Shown here piece by piece: positions 39,842 to 50,550 of a stretch of 64,000 nucleotides of DNA; the stretch's first letter is position 1; each line of letters begins with the position of its first letter. Made by a program: the position numbers and the translations under genes. The stretch covers positions 18,404,215 to 18,468,214 of the forward strand of contig JAHRHZ010000058.1 of NCBI GenBank assembly GCA_024137785.1, in the 5' to 3' direction. Origin of the DNA: Ginglymostoma cirratum. Its lineage: Eukaryota. Below the pieces are notes generated by a model that was not told where the DNA came from, did no database searches, and saw only the letters and a list, made by a program, of their open reading frames with translations.

Positions 39842-40832
39842 GTGTTGCTGAGATTTTCTAATGTACATGCCACCATATTTCTCGCTCTGACCATGGACTC
39901 ATTTGACTTGGCATCACTGAGCTTGATGCAGACTTGACAAGTAACATCCAGCTCAGCCTCCAGTTAAAAACTAAGTTGCAAAAAAAATTCAGTCCAAAAA
40001 TCTTTATTTCGTGTACATAACACTTACAGCTTAAACTAAAAAGGAAATTATTTTTGGTCCATTGATTCTATTCTTTCCAGCAGAGCATGTCCAACTTGCA
40101 CATCACTCTTATCTTGTTCCCCATATCTTCTCAGTCCTCTGAGGAAGGAGATAAAAGCCATAGAGTGCCTAACAGATTATCTCTAATACCCAAGGGTAGT
40201 GAAAAAATCTTGTCAGATATTAATCCAATATTTACCGTCAATGGGGTCCATGCAGACTTTGTACAATGTGTTGTATTGTAAAAAGTATTGCGTGAAGTAT
40301 TTGTCTATATTTTAACTTATGCCTGTGATTAAGCCCTTTGGATCATGTTTATTTAGCCTTATTTCAAAGGAATTAATTGACACAATAATCATTCACTTTG
40401 CACACACCTTTTTGTGTCTGCTGTTGTTTGGATCATCTGTTGCCCTGATGTACCTTCCAATTGCTTTAAGTATGTTTGTTACAGTTAAGGGAATACCTTG
40501 TATAAAGCCATGCTGCAATCTTAATGGATATGATTTCTGGTCTGCTTTCATGGGTCGGAGGGTTAGTTTGTTCAGACCTAGCCTCTTGTACGAAGTGCAT
40601 ACCAAGCCAATTCTAAACGATCAGACTCTGCAGTGGTTACTGTACTTCATTCGGATCCTGTTGATCTGTCAAAGATCCATGTTGTACTGCCAAGTAAACA
40701 CGCAGCGAAATGAACATAGTTCCTGCATAACAGCATTGAATGAAACTGTGATAACAGGCCAAAGGCCAGTGCATTGTTAAGCTTATAGTATGGCATGAAG
40801 CGTTTTGTTTACTACTCTTTTTGGATATGCAG

Positions 40833-40955
40833 GCAATGACAGATGGCGGGCTGAGCAGCGAGACGGTACTGAGGTCCTGCTTCAGTGGTCCCCAGTGAGC
40901 CGCGACATCTCTGTGGTCTCTAACGATTATTTCCCTGTTTACTACATTGCTCCTG
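40833..40955 (+). CDS. LAMC1: LAMC1 exon 9 equivalent, L4 domain
   Basis: atgcag|GC AAT...CCT G|gtatgt; (G)NDRWRAEQRDGTEVLLQWSPVSRDISVVSNDYFPVYYIAP; 123 nt. Confidence 0.95.
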
Positions 40956-41171
40956 GTATGTAAATTCAGTCATAGTATAATATTTCGTATTTTTCAAAAA
41001 CAAATGAGTGTAATGATTTGAACATTGCTGCTGCGTAATGTTTATGGAGTTGGTGGCTGAGATTGAAGACCTTTAACCATCTGAGATTATATAAAGTTAC
41101 TCTTTAGAGAGGTATCACTTCCTTAGATGCTTGCACACCTAATCACTGGTTTTCCTTGTATTTTCTTCCAG

Positions 41172-41361
41172 CAAATATGTTGGGGAATCAGCTGATGAGC
41201 TATGGTCAGAACCTCTCTTTCACTTTCTACGTGGACAAGAGAGACACACGTTTATCAGCCGAGGATCTAGTGCTGGAAGGAGCAGGCCTGAGAGTAACGG
41301 TTCCACTGATAGCTCAGGGAAATCAGTACCCGACAGAGAGCCCACAGAACTATGTCTTCAG
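41172..41361 (+). CDS. LAMC1: LAMC1 exon 10 equivalent, L4 domain
   Basis: ttccag|CA AAT...TTC AG|gtgaaa; (A)NMLGNQLMSYGQNLSFTFYVDKRDTRLSAEDLVLEGAGLRVTVPLIAQGNQYPTESPQNYVF(R); 190 nt. Confidence 0.97.
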
Positions 41362-42312
41362 GTGAAATAATCGTAATGTCCGTAACACAAGTCGTTTAAA
41401 ATTGTAACCAGTAATCATATATTAATTGTGTTGAATTACGCAGACTCTCTTTTGGACTCCAGACCTTGAGATGGTCCAAATATATTCACTGTATTTTGTG
41501 AACTTTATTAATAGCGAATGAATTTTAGAACAGTATCCTGGAACCTCCTAGCTTGCTTGTCACAAAGGATTGGAATCTCTGCTTCTGTGGAAGTCATGAA
41601 CTGAAGCAACAAACTTTGAAAAGGCACGGGGAGCGGGAAATGCTTATTCCATTTCTTGCTTCTTCCCCCCACTTCAGTCTTCAAGACGAGAAGGTCAGAG
41701 GCTAATTCACCTTGAGCTGCAATTCACACTAGCCCATTTCCAGATCTACAAAGGTAGATGTTTACCTATCATTTCAGAAAAGGCAAGATGTCCCTGAATT
41801 TTGTATTGCAGCAAGGCAGAACCTGCATGGTAACTGTAGTAACTGTTTTCAACACGTACAGTTGATTGGATGTATCCAGGGTGGTTGTTTGATGCCATCA
41901 CAGTACAGATGATGTGTAATTCTGCATTGCATGACCAATGTCAAACCCTGTGCTGCCCTGAAACAATGAGTCAGTATCCCCATGACAACAGAAGAGTCAA
42001 AGTCTCTTTCTTCTCTTAAGTATAACCTATGCTTTGGCTCAGTTCAGTGCCAGGCCCCTCAGGTGAAAAATTGTCAGTGTTGTGCTCTGAATCACCTCGT
42101 TCCTTGCGTTCAAAACAATGTCAGTTTAATTAAGAACAGACTTTACACCCTCTCCCTGGGAGAATCAGCTTGTATTTCTGTGCACTCTGATTCAAGTCAT
42201 GCTCAAGGATTTGTTAAAAACAAATGAAAATATTTACATTTTGAGCTAAATTTGCAATAAATATTGCATCGATTACTATTGTAAATGTTTATAATCACTT
42301 TTTTGTTGACAG

Positions 42313-42425
42313 GCTTCATGAAGTAACGAGTTATCCGTGGAGGCCGCAGCTTTCTTCTTTTGAATTTCAAAGGCTTCTCCACAACTTGACAGCTATCAAG
42401 ATTCGAGGCACATACAGTGAGAATA
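42313..42425 (+). CDS. LAMC1: LAMC1 exon 11 equivalent, L4 domain
   Basis: tgacag|G CTT...AAT A|gtaagt; [37 protein letters not shown]; 113 nt. Confidence 0.97.
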
Positions 42426-43711
42426 GTAAGTGTCCTCAGACCAAGCTGATCTGACTCTGACAGTCGAGACCATGCATAGGCCCATCCTCTGCAGTGCTGC
42501 CCACAAAGGTAGTCAAACGTTGAACCTTCTTGCTGAAGTATACTTTGGTCACTAAGCTTGGTATACAGTAAGAGCCGGGAATTACTCACAAATAGCAGCA
42601 GCCAGCTTCCTGCCTTCAGGCTCAGAAGCAAAGTTCTTCAGCTTGTCTCACGTCAACAGCTGGCTGCAGGTAAGGCAGCTTCTGGAACAGGAACCAGAAA
42701 TGGGACCCAGCTGCCAAAACAAACCTATTATATTACCAGGCCTGAAACCTGAAGCGTGGTCTGCTGAAACACAGTGTATTCCCAACCTGGATGCAGAACA
42801 TTGTGGCTGCAGCTGTACTTCTACTGGTCTCCTTGGAGAAGGAGAATTGATAAATCCAAAGCAGATACAAGCTGCATCATGAGGCAGTGATTATGAGTGC
42901 GTGCTCCAGAGCCACATTTCAACGGTGATTGAACAGATGTTGCAGGTTCCTTGGGTAAAGCTGAGGAGTAGATCTCCTTGGGCGCTGCTCCTTTGCTGTA
43001 TTGCCTTAACTCCGTACTCTCTCCATTTAATCCACTGCCGAAACAGGCCCTTTCTGGAGTTGGGAGTCTGTGCCCAGGGTGGTTCCCACGCTTGGTCCTC
43101 CAACCTGCTACTCTGACTGTCATCCCCTTGACCAAGATGCAAGCAGAGACCACCGAGCGGTCTCCTGGCTCCATGAAGGGCTCCGCCCCAGGCCCAATGG
43201 TGGGGATAGCAAGATGGTGGCAGTGGAGACGTAAACTATCAGGACATGAAGCACTGCGCTCTTAACCTCAGCTTTGCTACTCAGCCTCTTCCCAAACCAC
43301 CCACCCCTATTCTCAGCTCTGGAAAAAGGGGCAGTGCATACATATGTGTGCTGACCTCTGCTCACGTGGTGAAGTCCCTGTGAAGGGAACGCAGTGAGCT
43401 CATTGTGCGGGCAGATGCTTTCTGTGGACTGCCATAACTAGCTGATGTAGCCTTGAGGAACATGCAGACATGGTCCATTTTGGCATGCTGACTAATCACC
43501 GATTATTTGAAGGGTTAGGGAAGCTAAATACTGAATACGGTATTGCATTGAAGAAAGATATTAAATCATTATATACATATTCACTAGGAAGATTCTGCAT
43601 TGTTTAATGAAGGAAGTTGAGGAACAACTTGTAGAAACAAGAAGAATAGCCACCAGTTTCCTCACCATAAAACCGAGTGAGTGGTGCTTGGACACGCTTA
43701 CTGTACTGAAG

Positions 43712-43869
43712 ATAGCCAGAACTGCAGGGCTGGAGTCAGACAATACAGTGTGGAGCTGGAGGAACACAGCAGGCCAGGTAGCATCAGAGGAGCAGGAACG
43801 TTGACGTTTCAGCTCAGGACCCTTCTATGTTATTGCTGTGTTCTTCCAGCTCCACACTGTATTGTCTCT
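43712..43869. mobile_element. Family B inverted cassette with an 8-bp TSD
   Basis: 33-bp inverted repeat 43738-43770 / 43835-43867 (1 mismatch). TACTGAAG at 43704-43711 and 43870-43877. Minus strand keeps stem II remnant plus GAAACGTC. Confidence 0.8.
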
Positions 43870-44990
43870 TACTGAAGTCTATCAGTACTATACAAATTTG
43901 TGTTGACCTTACACCGCTTAACAAAGTGATGCAAAGGGAAATCCATCCTATGTCTGTGGCTGGTGGAAGTTTAACTAAGCTGTCTCAAAGGAGAATTCTC
44001 ACAACTCGGATGTAAATAGTGCATGATGGCGTGTGCCATTGACCAGCAAGATTGCTTACTATGTTCAGAACTCCACTTTGAGAGAGTTTGTTTCAATGGA
44101 CTGCAATTTGGGATGATCTTGGCCCCAGAGATTTTTCAGTAGACTGTTTCCATTTTACAAGTCTTCATAGAATCATATGCCCCCTGGTTGTTTTATTGAT
44201 ACACAGTGGCACAATGGCCAGCAAACCACACTCCGCATAGCCAGATCCAACAGGAATAGTTGAAGATCTAGAGGTATCACAACATCCATTGATGTTATGT
44301 TGAAACTTGTCCAGATTGAAGTCCCAGCAGGGATGCTTTTGAAAACCTATTATGAGCATTGATCCTGTTTTATAATTTTGGACAATATACCAGTGTATCA
44401 TAAGTGACTGGTCGTTCCAATTTCACTTTCAGTCCAGGAGCACTTGTGAATCACCAAGTGCCAAGCCAGAGCTTGGTCAGCATTGTGGTGACCAGGGATC
44501 TCTAAGGATATTGATGATTTCATTGTTTATTGTGAGTTGCTTCAAATCAACAACGTATATTGAGACCCTCCCATTTCCTACTAGATGGAAGATATGGGCA
44601 TTTGTTTTTGATGGAAGATCTCCCCTAATTGCTGCAGATTATTTCTGTTTCCTTTTATTGCAAAGAAACATCACATGATATTTCAAGGATAGGTCCAGGG
44701 GAAATAAAAACCAAGTCAGGGGGCAGATTTTGAACTGTGACCAAACGTTAAGTCAAAAGAAAAGGGTTTGAAGTGATCTTTTTTAAAGGTGGCAGAAGAG
44801 ACGGTAAATTTTAGGGATGGAGTTCCATAGAACGTGAAAGACTGGCGCATCATTTTTGTATTTAAGTCCATGTAGATTTAATTCCAATAAAATAATACAA
44901 AACTAACATTGTTCACCTGGTCTATGCATATTTTCAACGTTTTTGAAAGTTTAATGTGTTTGCAGCTAACTTTTGGTCATGCCTCCATAG

Positions 44991-45212
44991 GTGCTGGTCA
45001 CTTGGATGATGTAACTCTGCTCACTGCTCGTCCTGGCTCTGGATCTCCCGCTGAATGGGTAGAACAGTGTACCTGCCCAGCTGCATACCGGGGCCAGTTC
45101 TGTGAACAATGTGCACCAGGCTACAGGAGGGAGGATCCTAGGCTTGGAGCTTTCAGTTCCTGTGTGCCCTGCACCTGCAATGAACATAGTGATACCTGCG
45201 ATCCTGAAAGTG
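44991..45212 (+). CDS. LAMC1: LAMC1 exon 12 equivalent, end of L4 / LE
   Basis: ccatag|GT GCT...AGT G|gtgagc; (S)AGHLDDVTLLTARPGSGSPAEWVEQCTCPAAYRGQFCEQCAPGYRREDPRLGAFSSCVPCTCNEHSDTCDPES; 222 nt. Confidence 0.97.
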
Positions 45213-46571
45213 GTGAGCGGCAATAGTTTAATGAGAAATAAACTCTGCTTAGAATGATGGCTTGTGCTTACTGACGCAATATGAAATAAGCCCTTGCTTG
45301 GATTAGTTTATTTAGTATATATCATGCTTTATGTGATGGTATTTACCCTACCCGTTTCCCAACCATCACAAACTCTCTTCTTTCCCTGCCTCTTCTGAAA
45401 CAACCTGTATGTGTTGTGAATTTAGTTTCTGAATTCTGAATTCATAGTGTGTAAGGGTAGATTAAATTAAACGTTTTTCTTACTCCTTTATTTGTGTACA
45501 ATATCTTAACTTATCAACATCAGGAAGACGTTGGACTGAAATCATCATGAGCTTTATTGTTCATCGACCTAATTCTCTATCCATAATATCACTTGCAGTG
45601 ACATGCATGCTGCCTGAATCAGAATATGGTTGAATGCAAGAAGGCATTGTGATTATGAGTGGGTTCCTTTACTTATACAATGAGCTATTTTTATAGACAA
45701 AAACTGTCCATCTTCATCATGGATGCTAATAGTCTGGAAGAAGCTGGAGTTCCATTTGTGTTTGAAGAGGATTTTTACCTCCACATTCTTTGGTACCTTG
45801 TTTTAAATGCAGGAGTTGAAGTTTCCATTAAAAGAGAATTTTCACATTTGTTTATCTGAAAGCCTGATATGTAGAAATGTTTTAAAACCTCACCAAGCCT
45901 TGAAGTATTCCTTACTCTCTAGGTTCAAATCATAGAACGCATTAGCTAACAGCATTGTGGAAGCACCTTCACCACTGGCTTCATCAGCTTCCTGTTGACA
46001 CTTAGTTAGGTTGGACCAGTGTCACCCAAATTCCGAGGACTACTTTTTTAAGAAATTGCTTTCTTACTGCCCTTTAGTGCTTTAGGTCTCTCTTGCTAAA
46101 TCTTAAAAACAAAACATATGTAAATTTTCAGTAATGTTATTCATTTCAACGCTGCTGTTTCCTTGATTTTGTTTTGGAGAAGTCTGAAGTTATTACCTAT
46201 AATGAACAATCTTCTCATGTTTTGGATCAAGACAATCCAGAAGAACATGTCAGATCCCCGCACACCCATACATGAGTAAAAATCGCCTCTGCAAAATTTT
46301 ACATTTGTCCTGGGGTTTTCCATCGTTGTTTGAAAATTCACAGGAAAATTTCAGGTCACTGTCAAATATGTGTAGCATTAAAACTGCCACTTGGTATCTG
46401 TAAAATACCTACCTTACAAGGAATTTGCTGCAGTCTTGCCTGTCATTCTAAAGGATCTGTGCACACTTGGTATTGATACAGAAAGTGCTAACAATTTGAG
46501 CATTTTAATTTCTGGAAACTATATTTGATATACGGATAATTAACTACTTTATTAACCAATTCAATTTATAG

Positions 46572-46760
46572 GTGAATGTTACTGCAGAGACAATACAGCA
46601 GGATCAAACTGTGAGCGGTGTAGGGATGGTTACTATGGTGATCCTACAGTTGGTAGCTCAGAGGACTGTCGTCCGTGCCCTTGTCCAACTGGTTCAAGCT
46701 GTGCCATGGTGCCAAAAACCAGGGATATAGTGTGTACCAACTGCCCTAAAGGAACTACTG
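46572..46760 (+). CDS. LAMC1: LAMC1 exon 13 equivalent, LE domains
   Basis: ttatag|GT GAA...ACT G|gtgaga; (G)ECYCRDNTAGSNCERCRDGYYGDPTVGSSEDCRPCPCPTGSSCAMVPKTRDIVCTNCPKGTT; 189 nt. Confidence 0.97.
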
Positions 46761-47039
46761 GTGAGATCCTCAAAGTTTGAAAAGCATTTTTCTTAATCAG
46801 TACAAATATTCTGGTATGTATGAGAGAGGTGGTTCTGTGTCAAGAAACACAACATAAGAATATGTGATCAAGAACATCATCTGAGAAGACAGTTGCCACC
46901 TGTTAACTCTTCCCCCCTGTTTTCATCAGGCAACTTAGAAGTTTCTATTGGGAAAATTGAAGCCACTGTTTTTGGTCTCCTCAACAAACTCTGGCAACAT
47001 TCTAAGATAAAATCGTCTGTTTGAAATCTTGGTATTGCA

Positions 47040-47565
47040 TTTCATTTTGAGATGAACTTCAGACCTGTCATCACCTCGTTACTAAGACTTCCTATTTCCA
47101 CCCCTGCAACATTGCTTAACTTCACCCCTGTCTCGGCTCATTTGCCACTAAAACGCTCACTCATGCCTTTTGTTTCTTCTGCACTCGGTAGACCTGGCTT
47201 ATTTCCCACATTCTACTCACTATAACTTTGAGATTATCAAAACTTCAGCCCACACCTTAACTCGCAGCAAGTCATGTTTTTCTATCATCGTTATGCTTGC
47301 TGATCTGTATTGACTCCCTGTCGCAACAACCTTCTTTTTAGTTCTAATGCTTGTTTCCAAAACCTTTCCGTGGCCTTATCCCTGTGTATAATCTTCTCCA
47401 ACATTACAAGATATCTGTGCATTCCCAATTGCAGTTCCACTGGAGACCAAGCCTTCAGTTGCCTGGGCTGTGAATCACATCTGCACCACTTTAGCTCACG
47501 GTCCTCCTTTGGAAGATACCCTTCAAAATCCCCCTTTCTGACCAGCCTTTTGGCCACCTATCCTG
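47040..47565 (+). mobile_element. L2-clade LINE 3' fragment, decayed
   Basis: actaagacttcctatttccacccctgcaacattgct…aaaacgctcactcatgcctttt resembles L2 ORF2 TKxxYFHLRNIA…ETLIHAF; L2-like 3' region gccttcagttgcctgggc. Confidence 0.7.
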
Positions 47566-47586
47566 ATCTCAGAATCCATTTGACAA

Positions 47587-47681
47587 TCTGATGAAGGGTT
47601 TAGGCCCGAAACGTCAAGTTTTCCTGCTCCTATGATGCTGTTTGACCTGCTGTGTTCATCCAGCCCCATGCTTGTTATCTC
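47587..47681 (+). mobile_element. Family B single arm (about 95 bp) with TGACAA target duplication
   Basis: TGACAA at 47581-47586 and 47682-47687; near-identical to 9611-9697. Confidence 0.85.
47588..47615 (+). ncRNA. Minimal hammerhead ribozyme core, fully canonical; stem I poorly supported
   Basis: CUGAUGA-A-GGGU uuag GCCC-GAAAC-GUC^ with palindromic ACGU stem III. Confidence 0.75.
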
Positions 47682-48560
47682 TGACAACCTATTGGTACTT
47701 CCTTTTCATACAGTGTTAAATGTTGATTTCCCTCGTGAATTGTCCTGATGAGTACAAGTCAGAAACTTTTGACAAAATGTCTATTTTCAGCAATAATCAA
47801 GTTCTGTGTCACCAAATGATTACCCTTTGTTGTTTAATTTATTCATAAAGAATTGAGCTGTTTCTGGTTCAAGAGCAGTATATGGTTGAAAAGCCATTAA
47901 CTGAAATCAAAGATTTTTTTGTTGCTCTCATTTGGCATTAGAAATTATAACTTTCATAACTTGGAACATTAAATATGGTTGACTGGAATGCTGTTGTGAT
48001 CAGTAAATCTACTAGTCATTGGCAGAGATTGTTAGCTTCAGTGAGCGGCTAGAACAAGAGCTCCTGTATGTCTTTCACAGAAAAGGTTGGAATCCCCAGA
48101 AAAGAGAGGCTCCCACAGACTTTTGCATGCTATCGCATGCAAAACCTCAGCAAAAATTCTGGTTTTGGTTACAGAAGCTTGGTTCAGTTGGAGGGATTTA
48201 TTATTACTTCCTGATGTCATGTTTGAGCTTACTTAAATGCTTGCTTTCTATTTAAATGGGACCTTTTTTTTTTAAAAGATAATCTTTCATATTTATTTTA
48301 TTGGTTACAGTGCAAAAGTTTAGCACCACTAGTTAGGCACTGTATTTTGTTGCTGAATGTTGATTTGGACTGATTATTGATTGTAAGTGCATGATGATTC
48401 CTTTAGCCTTTGTGCCTTTTGCATTTTGTATTAGCTTTGAAAGAACTGTTTAGTCACTCCAATCAGTATTGTAACGAGGGGAATTCTGCTTAGAACATGG
48501 GAATGTTTGTTTTCATGAATTTGGTGTATTTGATAATACATTTTCTTTCAATTCAAACAG

Positions 48561-48806
48561 GTAAAAGGTGTGAATTATGTGATGATGGGTACTACGGTGA
48601 CCCTTTAGGAAGTGAGGGGCCTGTGAGTCCATGTAAACCGTGTCATTGCAGTGACAACATTGATCCAAATGCTGTGGGGAACTGTAATCGGCTGACAGGA
48701 GAGTGTTTAAAGTGCATCTACAACACTGATGGATTCTACTGTGACAAATGTAAAGATGGATTTTATGGAAATGCATTAAACCCAATTCCGTCAGAAAAAT
48801 GTAAAG
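48561..48806 (+). CDS. LAMC1: LAMC1 exon 14 equivalent, includes nidogen-binding LE repeat
   Basis: aaacag|GT AAA...AAA G|gtaagc; (G)[81 protein letters not shown]; 246 nt. Confidence 0.97.
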
Positions 48807-49370
48807 GTAAGCTTCGTATTTTACTGTATGTTCATGAAATGCTTTCAAAATGTCTAATTTTTAAATGTGCATATTAACATTAACTCCAATGAAAAATAAT
48901 AGTTCAAATCTCTCTGACTGTAAGATTTAAAGTAAATTAAATTGATTTAGTATCTTAAAATGCAATATATAAAATAAATGCGCTGTATGGAGCAAAACTG
49001 GTGAATTACCAAAACCTCCTTCAGTGTTAATTTATCTTTGACTGACAGAAATTTCATTACTGAATAATAATTTTCTTTTAACCCAACAAAACCTTTAGTT
49101 TTGCAGTTATTCTTTGAGTCATTTGTGTGTTGTCTTTTCTGATGTCTTTCACTGTATTTTTGGGGGCAACTTATTTATAGGACAAAGTATCTCAACGTTT
49201 TCCCAGCAACTGAGTGTGGGTGCCTTACTTGCTTTTTTTAAAAACTGTATAATGTTATGAGCGGAAAATACAAAAACGAGTTTCTTGCTCTTCTCTGCTG
49301 ACTCTTGCGCCTCTTCCTTCCTGCCTTGCCCTACTCAAAGATCTAACGCCCTGATTGTTTCTGTTTGCAG

Positions 49371-49524
49371 CTTGTAACTGTTCTCGATATGGCACTGTGG
49401 ATCAGCAAAGGAACTGCAACCAAGTCACTGGTCTGTGCGAGTGCTTAGCTCATGTCGTGGGCAGGGATTGTAGTCGGTGTGAGTTAGGCTATTACAATCT
49501 TCTGAGTGGCCAGGGCTGTCAGAG
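49371..49524 (+). CDS. LAMC1: LAMC1 exon 15 equivalent, LE domain
   Basis: ttgcag|CT TGT...CAG AG|gtaagt; (A)CNCSRYGTVDQQRNCNQVTGLCECLAHVVGRDCSRCELGYYNLLSGQGCQ(R); 154 nt. Confidence 0.97.
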
Positions 49525-50054
49525 GTAAGTTGAATGGAGGAATTTGAGTTGATTGATTTTCTTTCTGCAGCAACCTGTTACTTCACTTCAGTGAGAAATT
49601 GAGCTAACAAGTCTTTTGGGGCCTATCTGCCTTGTGAAAGCGCATGAGAGAGAAGCCTTCTCATAAAGTGAAATTGTGTAAATTAATGTCATATTTTGGG
49701 CATCCAGCTCCTATCTGTTTTGCATAAATAATTGCTGTTTACTATGTTTATTTAACAAAATACAAAGGGTACAGCAAAGTTGAACACTTGGGAAAAATAA
49801 AGACCCTTTTTATATGTTATTGAAGCTTATTTTCTTTTTCTGCTTATGGGCTGGTGAAGAAATATTTGAGCCATATTTGTACGCAGAGTTGGAAAACACA
49901 CAAAAGGAGTTAAGGAATATGAATTGCATTGAAGGGGGCCCTAGTTTCCTGTGAAAGCTAACAAAATCAGGAAAAGTTGCTGGCATCACTGCTGTTGACT
50001 ATTCCTCCTGACAGTCTGTTGCTTTGTTCCCTTTCTATACAAATCTTAGTGTCA

Positions 50055-50550
50055 AAGTCATAGAGTCATAAGCACAGAAACAGGCCCTTTGCTCCAACCA
50101 GTCCATGCTGACCATAATCCCAAATTAAAATAGTCCCACCTGGGGGTGGCACAGTGGTTCACTGGCTAGCACTGCTGCCTCACAGCGCCAGGGACCCGGG
50201 TTCAATTTCACCCTCGGGTGACTGTCTGGAGTTTGCATGTTCTCCCCGTGTCTGCGTGGGTTTCCTCCAGGTGCTCCGGTTTCCTCCCACAGTCCAAAGA
50301 TGTGCAGACTGGGCGGATTGGCCATACTAAATTGCCCGTAGCATTCAGGGATGTGTAGGTTAGGTGGGTTATAGGGATGGGTCTGGATGTGGGATACTCT
50401 GTGGGTTGGTGTAGACTTGCTGGGCCGAGGAGCCTGTTTCCACACTGTAGCGGTTCTATGATTCACCTGCTTGCACTTGGCCTGTATCCCTCCGAACCTT
50501 TCCTATTCATGGTACTTATCCATATGTATTTTAAATTTTGTAACTGTACC
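50055..50550 (-). mobile_element. CR1 3' fragment interrupted by a SINE
   Basis: gtcatagagtcata…ccaaccagtccatgc…tagtcccacctg | cacctgcttgcacttggcc… is colinear with 23170-23330. Confidence 0.85.
50143..50463 (+). mobile_element. Full-length HE1-type V-SINE
   Basis: tRNA head with box A TGGCACAGTGG and box B GGTTCAATTTC. V-domain ggagtttgcatgttctccccgtgtctgcgtgggtttcctcc…ccggtttcctcccacagtccaaaga. CR1-derived tail. TSD CACCTG at 50137-50142 and 50464-50469. Confidence 0.92.

Noticed and set aside
40319-40780. 153-aa ORF, the longest gap-free ORF
   Set aside because: Intronic, no recognisable domain, and consistent with chance in this much sequence.
42560-43420. GC-richer intronic block with many overlapping ORFs (similar blocks at about 32330-32690 and 35900-36500)
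   Set aside because: Probably decayed repeats, but I could not identify a family, TIRs or a protein motif, so no call is made.
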